Part shown: piece after piece, positions 39,299 to 53,724 of the stretch
How the letters are laid out: each line of letters opens with the position of its first letter
How positions within the stretch are numbered: position 1 is the stretch's first letter
Assembly (NCBI GenBank): GCA_045641845.1
Contig: JAZUHS010000240.1
Coordinates: 8,136-72,135 of the forward strand
Origin: Bulleidia sp.
Lineage (GTDB): Bacteria > Bacillota_I > Bacilli_A > Erysipelotrichales > Erysipelotrichaceae
DNA: 64,000 nucleotides
Direction: 5' to 3'
The notes under the pieces: generated by a model
The model's input: the letters and a program-made list of their open reading frames with translations, nothing else
Told to the model about the DNA's origin: nothing
The model's database searches: none
Program-made: the position numbers and the translations under genes

Positions 39299-39832
39299 CT
39301 ACGCTGCTCCGAGCTCTTTCAGAGTACCATCACCGCGGGGAGTTACATTCTCAAGTACGATATCGGGATTCTTACGTTTGAGAAGTGCTGCGAATCTTGC
39401 GGATTCATCTACACCCTTGGCGCTGATTGTATATGTTCCTTCTGTATCTGTAATATGCAGAAGGCAATTGCCATGTTTCAGTTCTTCCAGAACCAGCTTC
39501 TTTACACCTGTGGTTCTTCTTTCCTGAATTGTCAGACCATAGCCTGCGATCAGTCGATCTTCCAGGATCCATGTGCGGTCAACAACACCGCCCTTTTCAT
39601 ATTCTTCGACATGTTCAATATTTCTGATTACCTTATTGATTCTCAGCTTATTGCGATAGTAGAAGAACATGCATACTGCCAGAACCGCTGTAGTGACTGC
39701 CATTGCCGGTCTTGCCCAGGGACTGCCCTTTTCATTATGGATAAATGCAAAAGCAAATACCATAAAAGCAAGGAATGTCATGCCACTGCCAATATAGAGG
39801 CTGTTCAGTGTCTGATAGTATTTCTTGATCAT
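39299..39832 (-). CDS. Hypothetical two-TM membrane protein
   Basis: Two N-terminal TM helices plus a soluble domain; AGGAG RBS. Confidence 0.7.
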   Translation of the reverse strand: MIKKYYQTLNSLYIGSGMTFLAFMVFAFAFIHNEKGSPWARPAMAVTTAVLAVCMFFYYRNKLRINKVIRNIEHVEEYEKGGVVDRTWILEDRLIAGYGLTIQERRTTGVKKLVLEELKHGNCLLHITDTEGTYTISAKGVDESARFAALLKRKNPDIVLENVTPRGDGTLKELGAA

Positions 39833-39956
39833 AGTTTCTCCTGTGTGTTAATTCTAGCACTTAATTTCAAATAATGTTGTATATATACTTAAGAACTTCA
39901 CAATCAGAGACTACGTCTTATGTTATCAATCATTCATTTCCTGCAAGAGTATCTGA

Positions 39957-41135
39957 TCAATGAATCTGACTGTATTCAGCTAATACATCCAGTGCAAACT
40001 GTACTTCTGTCGCAACACCATACAGCATTGCTTCTTCCTTGAAGTTTACATATCGGCTGTGCAGGGGATAGCCACCATCTGTACCAAGATGTGCGAATAC
40101 GCAAGGTGCAACCTTGCCAAATTCTGCAAAGTCTTCACCGATGGTTTCAACATGTGCAGGCTGCAGGTCTTCAGGACGATCCAGTACCTTCAGAGCAGAC
40201 TTCTTCAGCATGTTATATGCGGATTCATCGTTGATCAAAGGCTTGATAATACGATGTACTGTAACATCTGCCTTACACTTGAGAGCTTCTGCTGTATTCT
40301 TGGCAACACGTTCCATAGCTTCCGGAATCATTGCCCATACATCATCATCGAAGCAGCGGCATGTTCCTTCCAGATAGCCATCCTGTGCAATGATATTGAA
40401 AGCACTGCCGGACTGTACCTTACCGATCGTTACTACCAGCGGCTTCATAGGATCACATTCACGGGATACCATTGTCTGCAGGTTCATGGCAATCGCACAT
40501 GTAGCAACAGCAGCATCGGCACCTGTGTGCGGCATAGCACCATGTGCACTTGCGCCGGTAACCTTGATTTCAAAACGGTCAACTGCAGCCCAGTCAGGTC
40601 CGCTCTTGGCACGAAGCATGCCGACGGGAGAGAGCGGGTCTACATGAATACCAAGACCCATATCAACACCATCCATGACGTTGTACTGCATCATGTGACG
40701 AGCACCGAGACCTACCTCTTCACCAGGCTGGAACAGGAAACGTACAGTACCGGCAAACTGATCCTTGATCTTGTTTAATACCTTAACTGCACCTAACAGC
40801 ATTGCTGTATGCAGGTCATGGCCGCAGGCATGCATCTTGCCTTCATTAACACTCTTGAAAGGAAGATCTGTTCCTTCCATCTGGTCTAATGCATCCATAT
40901 CCCCTCTCAGCATTACTATGGCCTGAGAGTCCTTTAATGTACCTTTGATCTCAGCAACTACACCAACTTCACCAGTACGATAGTAGGACACACCCATACG
41001 TTCCAGTTCATCACATACCTTCTGGTTTGTGCGGGGAACATTCATACCTGTTTCCGGATGCGCATGGATATCACGACGGATCTCAACGATCTCGGGATAG
41101 ATTTCTTCACAGTATTCACGGATTGTTTTTGTCAT
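39957..41135 (-). CDS. M20D amidohydrolase/peptidase
   Basis: RGDMDAL, HACGHD, FQPGEE, GEDFA, PLHS. Confidence 0.93.
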   Translation of the reverse strand: MTKTIREYCEEIYPEIVEIRRDIHAHPETGMNVPRTNQKVCDELERMGVSYYRTGEVGVVAEIKGTLKDSQAIVMLRGDMDALDQMEGTDLPFKSVNEGKMHACGHDLHTAMLLGAVKVLNKIKDQFAGTVRFLFQPGEEVGLGARHMMQYNVMDGVDMGLGIHVDPLSPVGMLRAKSGPDWAAVDRFEIKVTGASAHGAMPHTGADAAVATCAIAMNLQTMVSRECDPMKPLVVTIGKVQSGSAFNIIAQDGYLEGTCRCFDDDVWAMIPEAMERVAKNTAEALKCKADVTVHRIIKPLINDESAYNMLKKSALKVLDRPEDLQPAHVETIGEDFAEFGKVAPCVFAHLGTDGGYPLHSRYVNFKEEAMLYGVATEVQFALDVLAEYSQIH

Positions 41136-41235
41136 TGTTTCTTACCTCTGTTGTTTATTCGACATTGTAACATCACTGCACAAAAAAAGCAGATCGTAAT
41201 CATAAGATTACATATCTGCTTCATTGTGTTGAGTT

Positions 41236-43897
<2,662 letters not shown>

Positions 43898-43898
43898 A

Positions 43899-45959
<2,061 letters not shown>

Positions 45960-45970
<11 letters not shown>

Positions 45971-46475
45971 GGCCAGACGCTTCCTTTACGAATGCATCGA
46001 TTGCCTGACGATCAAGAGCTTCACCGTTCTTTTCACCTACCAGCTTTTCAGCAGCTGCCAGAGCTACGTCTACCATTTCTTTCTTCATGGCATCATACAT
46101 ACCCTGACGTTCTGCTTCAATCTGTTCCTGTGCTTTAGTGCGTACAGCGGCTGCTTCTTTGCCAGCCTGTGCAATAATCGCTTCTTTTTCGTCCTTTGCC
46201 TGCTTAACAGCTGCCTGAACGATTTCTTCCGAACGGGAAGAAGCTTCATTCAGCTGAGCAGCAGCTTTCTGACGATCTTCAATTGCTTCCTGCTTTGCCT
46301 TTTCGCTTGCGGCAAGATCGGACTGCATCTTTTCTGCGCGAGCATCGAGGAAGTTCTTAACGGATTTCCATAAGAGCTTCTTCATCAGCAGAAACAGGAT
46401 GAGCGTACTGCATAACTGAACCACAACCGTAATGGGGTTGGGAATCAGCTGTCCAACGATGTCAACATCAATCAT
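45960..46475 (-). CDS. atpF: ATP synthase F0 b
   Basis: Single N-terminal TM plus long coiled coil; operon position. Confidence 0.95.
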
Positions 46476-46487
46476 CGGAAGCCTCTA

Positions 46488-46721
46488 TTATGCGTATACG
46501 AACATCAGAAGAATGGAGACAAGCAGTCCATAAATAGCACATGTCTCAGATAACGCAATACCGAGAATCATTGTGGAACGAATCTTAGATTCTGCTTCCG
46601 GATTCTTACCGATAGCGTCGCAGGCATGAGCTGCACAGGTACCTTCACCAAGACCTGTCATCATACCTGTCATAACTGCGAGACCTGCACCGATTGCTAC
46701 TAAACCATGATTGATATCCAT
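46488..46721 (-). CDS. atpE: ATP synthase F0 c
   Basis: GLGEG, KNPEA loop, SETCAIY. Confidence 0.97.
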   Translation of the reverse strand: MDINHGLVAIGAGLAVMTGMMTGLGEGTCAAHACDAIGKNPEAESKIRSTMILGIALSETCAIYGLLVSILLMFVYA

Positions 46722-46743
46722 ACTAAATTCCTCCTTTTATAGA

Positions 46744-47451
46744 TTACTTCTTTATTTCCTCGGGAATATCGTTCCCAATAAGGACCACTGTAAGTGTTAC
46801 AAATACGAGTGTCTGAATGAAACCTGCAAACAGATCGAAATATGCATGCAGGACGGGTGCTACGATCGGAGCAACGAAATTGAATACATTGCCGTTTACT
46901 GTTGTAAAGAAACCGATCAGAGTGTTGGAAACCCACTGGCAGAATGAATAGATCAGCTGCATCATGATACCGCCGCAGAGGATGTTTCCGAATAGACGTA
47001 ATGACATTGATACCATTGTTGAGAACTTACCGAAGATGTTCATCGGCAGCATAACCGGAATCGGTTCCAGAAATGAATGTAAGTAACCGCCGATACCCTG
47101 ATACTTGAACTCAACAAGCTGGATCAGAAGCCATGTCACAAACGCCAGAAATAATGTGACGCTTAAATTAGATGTCGGAGATGACAGACCGAACAGCGAA
47201 ATGATATTGGCGCAGAAGATATAGCACCAGAGCACCAGAATGTAGGGTGTCAGGCTTTCTGCATACTTCTTGCCCGCATTGTCTTTTACTGTGTTGTAAA
47301 CACTGTCGACCGCCCAAAGAACAGGAACGATAATTCCCTTAGGCTTAGCCAGCGGATCTGCCCGATCAATCTTCTTAGAAATCACAATAATGCCGATTGC
47401 CAGCAGAATCGTAAGAATAATGATCGTATAGACATCTGTTTGTATAACCAT
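46744..47451 (-). CDS. atpB: ATP synthase F0 a
   Basis: SPTSN, SMSLRLFGNI, IQTLVF; start at MVIQ chosen by RBS. Confidence 0.96.
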   Translation of the reverse strand: MVIQTDVYTIIILTILLAIGIIVISKKIDRADPLAKPKGIIVPVLWAVDSVYNTVKDNAGKKYAESLTPYILVLWCYIFCANIISLFGLSSPTSNLSVTLFLAFVTWLLIQLVEFKYQGIGGYLHSFLEPIPVMLPMNIFGKFSTMVSMSLRLFGNILCGGIMMQLIYSFCQWVSNTLIGFFTTVNGNVFNFVAPIVAPVLHAYFDLFAGFIQTLVFVTLTVVLIGNDIPEEIKK

Positions 47452-47465
47452 GCTCTCCTCTCCTT

Positions 47466-47801
47466 TCAATGGTGCAGTATGGCATCAATAATCGTAGCTG
47501 CCTTGATCAGCATCAGACCTAGTGCAACACCGAAAATATTCAGATACTGGGGAAAGAATGCTGCCAGCAGCATTGATCCGGCCATAAGTGCATAATTCAG
47601 AAGAAAATGGAGAAACCCTGTTCCCTTCTTCGCTGTTCCTATATTCAGAATACCCGTCCAGAACGACTCATTCCTCTTATAGTTCAGCATACAGATGACA
47701 CATCCGATGAAGAAACCTGCAGCGAATTGCCAGCTGAAGAATGCAGTGCACATTCCGGCCACGGCAACGATACAGGCATATTTCCATAGTCTTTTATCCA
47801 T
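47466..47801 (-). CDS. atpI: ATP synthase protein I-like (4 TM)
   Basis: First gene of the atp operon, hydrophobic, about 111 aa. Confidence 0.75.
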   Translation of the reverse strand: MDKRLWKYACIVAVAGMCTAFFSWQFAAGFFIGCVICMLNYKRNESFWTGILNIGTAKKGTGFLHFLLNYALMAGSMLLAAFFPQYLNIFGVALGLMLIKAATIIDAILHH

Positions 47802-47909
47802 TACCGATACCTCTGCCCATGCTAACATTATATTTCATTTTTCGCTTTAATTATTTGTGAAAAAGAAAACAAGAATAGAAATTTGTCATAATTCCTACTC
47901 TTGTCTCAT

Positions 47910-48800
47910 TTATTCTGCTGATTCTTCAATGCATCCGAGAATTTCAAGAATGCGATTGAGGTCACTTACATCTTCAAAGCTGATTGTCAGCTTCTTTCTG
48001 CCAACCTTTACACGTGTACCCAGACGCTCAGACATTCTGTTTTCCAGATCACGGACAATCGGATCTGCTGTTTCCTTCTTCTCTGTCTTCTGCTTCTTTT
48101 CCGTACCGTTGAGTTCATGTACATATGCTTCAACTTCACGTACGGACATCTGCTTCTTCATGACTTCCAGAGCTGCATCATAGATCTGTGTTTCATCCTT
48201 GAGACCAAGCAGCGGACGTACATGAGACATTGTCAGTTTCTTTTCAACAACGAAAGTCTGAACCTCACTCGGAAGCTTAAGCAGACGCATGATATTGGCA
48301 CAGTATTCACGGGACTTGCCGACTCTCTGCGCCAGCTTTTCCTGTGTATAATTCAGCTTTCTGATCAGGGAATCATAAGCTGCAGCTTCTTCAATCGGAT
48401 TCAGATCTTCTCTCTGAACATTTTCCAGAATAGAGATTTCCATCATCTGCTCTTCTGTAAAGTCTACAGAGATTGCAGGAACCTTTTCCAGACCGGCAAG
48501 CTTAGCTGCACGCAGTCTTCTTTCACCGGCAATCAGATCATAGCCTCTGACACTCTTGCGAACGAGCAGAGGTGTGAAAATGCCATGAACACGAATGGAA
48601 TCCGCCAGTTCTTCCAGAGCTTTAGGATCGAATTCCTTACGAGGCTGATAGGGATTGGGACGAATATCAGAAACACTGATTTCAATTTCCTTTCTGCCGG
48701 GAACTTCTGCAGCGCTGTTCTGAATATCATCCAGGAACTGTTCGACATTGGAACCGAAGATGGAATCAAGTCCTTTGCCGAGACCTTTTCTTTCTGCCAT
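47910..48800 (-). CDS. spo0J: ParB/Spo0J chromosome partition protein
   Basis: MAERKGLGKGL, NPYQPRK, AGERRLRA, ENVQREDLNP; follows soj. Confidence 0.96.
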   Translation of the reverse strand: MAERKGLGKGLDSIFGSNVEQFLDDIQNSAAEVPGRKEIEISVSDIRPNPYQPRKEFDPKALEELADSIRVHGIFTPLLVRKSVRGYDLIAGERRLRAAKLAGLEKVPAISVDFTEEQMMEISILENVQREDLNPIEEAAAYDSLIRKLNYTQEKLAQRVGKSREYCANIMRLLKLPSEVQTFVVEKKLTMSHVRPLLGLKDETQIYDAALEVMKKQMSVREVEAYVHELNGTEKKQKTEKKETADPIVRDLENRMSERLGTRVKVGRKKLTISFEDVSDLNRILEILGCIEESAE

Positions 48801-48802
48801 GA

Positions 48803-49582
48803 TTACTTCTTACCTTTCGAATTCTGTGTAATTACTTCTTTTACCAGCTGTGCATAGGACTTTGCACCTTCACTGCGGGTATCGTATTCGAAAATGCTTT
48901 CTTCACGGGAAGGTGCTTCGGACAGTCTGACATTACGGGGAATGTAGCAGCGATATACCTTCTCCTTGAAGTACTTTCTGACTTCCTGCTGAACTTCAAC
49001 AGAAAGCTTTGTACGGACATCGAACATTGTCAGCAGTACGCCTTCAATGGACAGATGCGGATTCCAGAGCTTCTGAACAAGACGGATTGTACTGAGCAGC
49101 TGTGTCAGACCTTCCAGTGCAAAGTATTCACACAAAACAGGAATCATAACACTGTCAGCAGCAGACAGCGCATTTGTATTCAGAAGACCTAAAGCCGGCG
49201 GACAGTCAATGATGATGTAATCATACTTATCCTTAACTGCATCCAGCTTCTTCTTCAGCAGCTGTTCCCTGCCGTCTGTGTAGGATGCCATAGCAACATC
49301 CGCACCGGAGAGATCAATTGTGGAAGGAAGAACATCCAGCGGCGGACGTTCCAGATGAACTGCACATTCTTCCACAGTCGCATCGGACAGCAGAACATCA
49401 TAGACTGTCTTCTTGAAGCCTACTTTGTATGTACCGATACCATGTGTAGCATTGCCCTGCGGGTCAAAGTCGACGAGCAGAACCTTCTTATTTACATATG
49501 CAAGACCTGCGGACAGGTTCATGGATGTTGTAGTCTTACCTACGCCACCTTTCTGATTTGCGATAGCAATGATCTTTCCCAT
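48803..49582 (-). CDS. soj: ParA/Soj ATPase
   Basis: NQKGGVGKTTT, DFDPQGNAT, DCPP, PRNVRLSEAPS. Confidence 0.98.
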   Translation of the reverse strand: MGKIIAIANQKGGVGKTTTSMNLSAGLAYVNKKVLLVDFDPQGNATHGIGTYKVGFKKTVYDVLLSDATVEECAVHLERPPLDVLPSTIDLSGADVAMASYTDGREQLLKKKLDAVKDKYDYIIIDCPPALGLLNTNALSAADSVMIPVLCEYFALEGLTQLLSTIRLVQKLWNPHLSIEGVLLTMFDVRTKLSVEVQQEVRKYFKEKVYRCYIPRNVRLSEAPSREESIFEYDTRSEGAKSYAQLVKEVITQNSKGKK

Positions 49583-49592
49583 ATATTCCCCT

Positions 49593-50402
49593 TTATTTCT
49601 TCTTCGGGAAACGGATGATCATACGTACTTCTGTCTCTGAGTCTTCCGTTTCTGTTTTCGCTTCAATACCCATCTTTTCCAGCATCTTCAATGACTGATT
49701 TACAGTATTGATCGCAATCTGGAAATTACGGGTAAATCCCTTGGTCTTCTGACGGCGATGAACGCGCTTGGGACCTGTGATCTTATCTACATACGCTTCT
49801 GTTTCACGGACATTCCATCCCTTTTCCAGAACAGTATGGTAAACCTCTTTCTGTCTGTTTGCCGGTGCATTCAGCATGGAACGGGCATGACGTTCGGTGA
49901 TCTTGCCTTCAATGACACCCTGCTGTACTTCTTCAGGAAGATTCAGCAGACGGATCTTGTTGGCAATCGCCGGCTGTGACTTGCCCATCTTCTTAGCCAG
50001 CTGTTCCTGTGTCAGCTTGGACTGACGCATGATCTGAAGATAGCTTCTTGCTTCTTCAATTGCAGACAAATCTTCTCTCTGCACATTTTCGACCAGTGCC
50101 ATCTGTGCAGCCTGGTCTTCGCTGGAAGACATGACATAGCACGGTACTTCCTTGTATCCTGCCAGCTTGCACGCACGATATCTGCGTTCACCGGCAATAA
50201 TTTCATAATGATCATCAACAACCCTGACAGTCACCGGCTGAATCAGACCGTTTTCCTTGATGGACTCAGCGAGTTCCATCAGTGCATCTTCATCAAATCT
50301 CAGTCGCGGCTGGTAGCGTGAAGCCTGGATACGATCCACAGGAACCTGAATGACCTTAGACTGATCTTTTGCATCGAATAATTCAAATATGCTCTTGCGC
50401 AT
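49593..50402 (-). CDS. noc: Nucleoid occlusion protein Noc
   Basis: ParB paralog between rsmG and soj; amphipathic N-terminus MRKSIFELF; Noc-type HTH GKSQPAIANK..TERHAR. Confidence 0.85.
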   Translation of the reverse strand: MRKSIFELFDAKDQSKVIQVPVDRIQASRYQPRLRFDEDALMELAESIKENGLIQPVTVRVVDDHYEIIAGERRYRACKLAGYKEVPCYVMSSSEDQAAQMALVENVQREDLSAIEEARSYLQIMRQSKLTQEQLAKKMGKSQPAIANKIRLLNLPEEVQQGVIEGKITERHARSMLNAPANRQKEVYHTVLEKGWNVRETEAYVDKITGPKRVHRRQKTKGFTRNFQIAINTVNQSLKMLEKMGIEAKTETEDSETEVRMIIRFPKKK

Positions 50403-50416
50403 ATTAAGTCTCCTTT

Positions 50417-51121
50417 TTACAGCGGCTTCTTCTTGATCTGTCCGTAGTTGCGCGGATACTTGATCGGAGTTGACTTAACCTTACGGTAGTAGAGATTGAC
50501 TCTCTGATCACCTGAAGAAAGTGAGGTGTCCTGTACAGCTTCAAGCTGTGTACCCAAAGTTGATGTCGCATGCTTTGCTTCTTCAGCTTCCACACGACCC
50601 TGCATACCCTTCATTGAAATGAACAGACCGTTGACCTTAATCAGCGGAATGCACAGTTCGGAAAGTACACGCAGGTTGGCAACTGCTCTTGCTGTTACTG
50701 CATCGAATTCTTCACGATGATTCACAACATACTCTTCTGCACGTTCATTGATTACATCACAGCCTGTAATACCAAGATCATCAATAACGGCTTTCAAGAA
50801 TGTACATCTCTTGCCTGTAGGTTCTACAAGAACCACGTGCAGTTCAGGCTTTACGATCTTCCATACAAGACCGGGGAAACCGGCACCTGTACCGACATCG
50901 CATACCTTACCTGTAAGGCTGTACTGAGACAGCGGAAGCAGACAGTCATAGAAGTGCTTTTCAAACACTTCTCCCTTTTCACTGATTGCTGTCAGATTGA
51001 TCTTTTCGTTCCACTCTGCCAGCAGTACAGCATAACGGTCGAGCTTTTCAGCAGTCTCACGCGTCATGGGAATCTGCAGTTCTTCCGACTTTTTCATCAG
51101 TTCTTCAATTGTCATATTCAC
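50417..51121 (-). CDS. rsmG: 16S rRNA m7G methyltransferase RsmG (GidB)
   Basis: NLTAI, HFYDCL, DVGTGAGFPG, ARAVA. Confidence 0.98.
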   Translation of the reverse strand: MNMTIEELMKKSEELQIPMTRETAEKLDRYAVLLAEWNEKINLTAISEKGEVFEKHFYDCLLPLSQYSLTGKVCDVGTGAGFPGLVWKIVKPELHVVLVEPTGKRCTFLKAVIDDLGITGCDVINERAEEYVVNHREEFDAVTARAVANLRVLSELCIPLIKVNGLFISMKGMQGRVEAEEAKHATSTLGTQLEAVQDTSLSSGDQRVNLYYRKVKSTPIKYPRNYGQIKKKPL

Positions 51122-51194
51122 TCATCCTCCCATGTGTAATTTATTCTACCATTGACTCATCAGAGCTTAAAGATAATCGTTGTTGAAAACTTTT

Positions 51195-51203
51195 TTATCC
51201 ACA
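51195..51203 (+). promoter_or_regulatory. Perfect DnaA box upstream of the rsmG promoter
   Basis: TTATCCACA in the intergenic gap; TG-extended TAGAAT -10 at 51143-51148 on the minus strand. Confidence 0.6.
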
Positions 51204-51217
51204 TTTTCAGTATTTTC

Positions 51218-51859
51218 TCATTCATTTACAGAGACTGTAATGAATTCGGAATACGGCAAAGTTTCCACCCACGCGCAGAATGCACGCCATTCAGGAAGAC
51301 GGTGTGTACGTCTCTGGGCATACATTGTTTTCAGCTGACGATAGTTTGTTGTCATACGTGCAGTCAGACGGAATCCTGCCGGATTGCTGTAGAGAATCTC
51401 CAGATACTTCTGCTTGGATAATTCATTCATAGCAGTTACATCCTGACCGGCTTCCTTAGCAGCCTTGATTTCTTCCTGCAGCTTATTGTAGTCAGCTGTC
51501 TTCTCCTTCATGATCTCGATAATTCGAGGATCTGTATAGGAGATATATGCTTCATCAAGATTGAACTTGGTAATGCGATGCATTGTGGACTGAGAACTGA
51601 TGAAATCAAGGAAATGATATCTTTCAGCCTCTACCCATGCCTTGTTGGTAAAAGTCAGATCAAACTGAACGATGATACCGTTCATGAAGTTGTCATGACC
51701 GCTGCCGGGCTTGCACTGTGCAAGTGTATATGTACGAGGTGTGACCTCTTCTGTAACCTTCGCCAGGTCAACTGCCATCGGATACTTGGATCCCTTTACA
51801 GCACCTTCGAAACCGTAGACATTGACATTGGATACTACTTCATTCCAGTTCATATTCAT
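51218..51859 (-). CDS. Divergent ThyX (Thy1)-fold flavoprotein
   Basis: GHDNF..IIVQFD, ERYHF..SSQSTMHR, NYRQL...R..HRLPEW..FC.WVETLP follow the order of ThyX-like motifs, but the canonical RHRx7S is altered. Confidence 0.65.
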   Translation of the reverse strand: MNMNWNEVVSNVNVYGFEGAVKGSKYPMAVDLAKVTEEVTPRTYTLAQCKPGSGHDNFMNGIIVQFDLTFTNKAWVEAERYHFLDFISSQSTMHRITKFNLDEAYISYTDPRIIEIMKEKTADYNKLQEEIKAAKEAGQDVTAMNELSKQKYLEILYSNPAGFRLTARMTTNYRQLKTMYAQRRTHRLPEWRAFCAWVETLPYSEFITVSVNE

Positions 51860-53724
51860 TAACCCTTCCCCTGTCTGATCGCAATCGCAAGCACCGCAAG
51901 ATCCGCAGGATTCACACCGGAGATACGTGATGCCTGACCAATCGTTAAAGGCTTGAACTTCATCAGTTTCTGACGTCCTTCCAATGACAGGTTATCTACC
52001 TGATCATAATCGAAGTCCTTGCCCAGATATTGTTCTTCCATAGCCTGAAGCTTCTTCGCTTCACGACGTGCCTTGTTGATATAGCCTTCGTATTTGATAT
52101 CGATATCACACTTCTCAGCGAGATCGTGATCTGTTTCTTCATTGATCGTTCTAAGCAGTTCTTCCGTCTGAATACCCGGACGCTTTACAAGATCTCTGCC
52201 GTTGACACTTTCATGTTCATTGCTTTCATATCCGTTTGCGGACAGATATGCATGAACGGCAGGATCGTCCAGCGGGAATACCGTATCCTTCAGATGCTGC
52301 TGAAGCGCGTCCAGCTTTTCCATCTTTTCGCAATATGCCGCATATCTTTCATCTGTAATCAGACCGGCTTCTCTGCCCTTTTCAATCAGACGCTGTTCAG
52401 CGTTGTCATGACGGAGCAGAAGTCGGAATTCAGAACGTGATGTAAGCAGACGATAAGGTTCTCTTGTACCCTTGGTTGTCAGATCATCCACCAGTACACC
52501 GATATATGCTTCATCTCTGCCGAAGATCAGAGGCTGTCTGCCTTCCAGCTTCAAAGAAGCATTGATGCCTGCCATAATACCCTGACCAGCAGCTTCTTCA
52601 TAACCGGAAGTACCGTTTACCTGACCGGCAGTAAAAAGATTTTCAATGATCTTGGATTCAAATGTCGGTGACATCTGAATAGGATCAATTGCATCATACT
52701 CAATGGCATATGCATACTTGCGAATCACTGCGTTAGCGAAACCGGGAAGACTGTGAACCATCTTCTCCTGAACATCACGAGGAAGAGATGTGGAGAAACC
52801 CTGAATATAAGTTGTATCCAATGATAAGGATTCAGGTTCCAGGAACAGAAGATGACGAGGCTTATCCTTGAAGCGGACGAGCTTATCTTCAATGGAAGGA
52901 CAGTAACGAGGTCCTACACCTTTCACTACACCGGAATACATACTGGACTTATTCAGGTTATTCATGATCAATTCATGTGTTTCCGCAGTTGTATATGTCA
53001 TGTAACAGGGAACCTGTTCACTGAACGGACGAATCTTCTTCGTTGTCTCAGAGAAACGCAGGAAGCCTTCTGTACCCGGTTCATACTTTGTCTGTGAGAA
53101 GTCAATGGATGAAGTCAGTACACGCGGCGGTGTACCTGTCTTCAGACGCATTGTCTCAAGACCTGCACGGCGCAGGGATGCAGAGAGATCATTGGTTGTT
53201 TCTTCCAGATCCGGACCGCCGGGAGTGACTTCAGATGAGATCATATTCACACCTGCCATGTATGTTCCAGTTGTCAGGATGACAATCTTAGCCGGTACAA
53301 AGGAACCATCCTTCAGTGTTACACCTGTTACTTTGTTATTTACGACATTAAGTTCGACAGCCATGTTTTCCATGACTGTCAGATTTTCCTGATGCAGACA
53401 TACATCCTGCATCATCTTTGCATAGGCAATTTTATCCGACTGCACACGCAGCGCGCGAACACCCGGACCTTTTGCACTGTTAAGCATTTTAAACTGCAGT
53501 GCTGTAGCATCTGCAGTGATTGGCATCTGTCCTCCCAGGGCATCGATTTCTCTGACGACAATACCTTTTGCAGGTCCTCCGACAGAAGGATTGCATGGCA
53601 TCTTGCCGATGTTATCAATGCTCAGTGTGAGCAGACATGTGTTTTTATGAAGGCGGGCGGCCGCCAGTGCTGCTTCTATGCCTGCGTGACCGCCGCCGAT
53701 TACGATAATATCAAAGCTGTTCAT
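51859..53724 (-). CDS. mnmG: tRNA uridine-5-carboxymethylaminomethyl enzyme MnmG (GidA)
   Basis: GGGHAG, MPCNPSVGG, GPRYCPSIEDK, AGQVNGTSGYEEAAGQG. Confidence 0.99.
   Translation of the reverse strand: MNSFDIIVIGGGHAGIEAALAAARLHKNTCLLTLSIDNIGKMPCNPSVGGPAKGIVVREIDALGGQMPITADATALQFKMLNSAKGPGVRALRVQSDKIAYAKMMQDVCLHQENLTVMENMAVELNVVNNKVTGVTLKDGSFVPAKIVILTTGTYMAGVNMISSEVTPGGPDLEETTNDLSASLRRAGLETMRLKTGTPPRVLTSSIDFSQTKYEPGTEGFLRFSETTKKIRPFSEQVPCYMTYTTAETHELIMNNLNKSSMYSGVVKGVGPRYCPSIEDKLVRFKDKPRHLLFLEPESLSLDTTYIQGFSTSLPRDVQEKMVHSLPGFANAVIRKYAYAIEYDAIDPIQMSPTFESKIIENLFTAGQVNGTSGYEEAAGQGIMAGINASLKLEGRQPLIFGRDEAYIGVLVDDLTTKGTREPYRLLTSRSEFRLLLRHDNAEQRLIEKGREAGLITDERYAAYCEKMEKLDALQQHLKDTVFPLDDPAVHAYLSANGYESNEHESVNGRDLVKRPGIQTEELLRTINEETDHDLAEKCDIDIKYEGYINKARREAKKLQAMEEQYLGKDFDYDQVDNLSLEGRQKLMKFKPLTIGQASRISGVNPADLAVLAIAIRQGKG

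Noticed and set aside
51218-51859. Calling the gene thyX
   Set aside because: The canonical RHRx7S motif is not intact and thymidylate synthase activity cannot be inferred from sequence.
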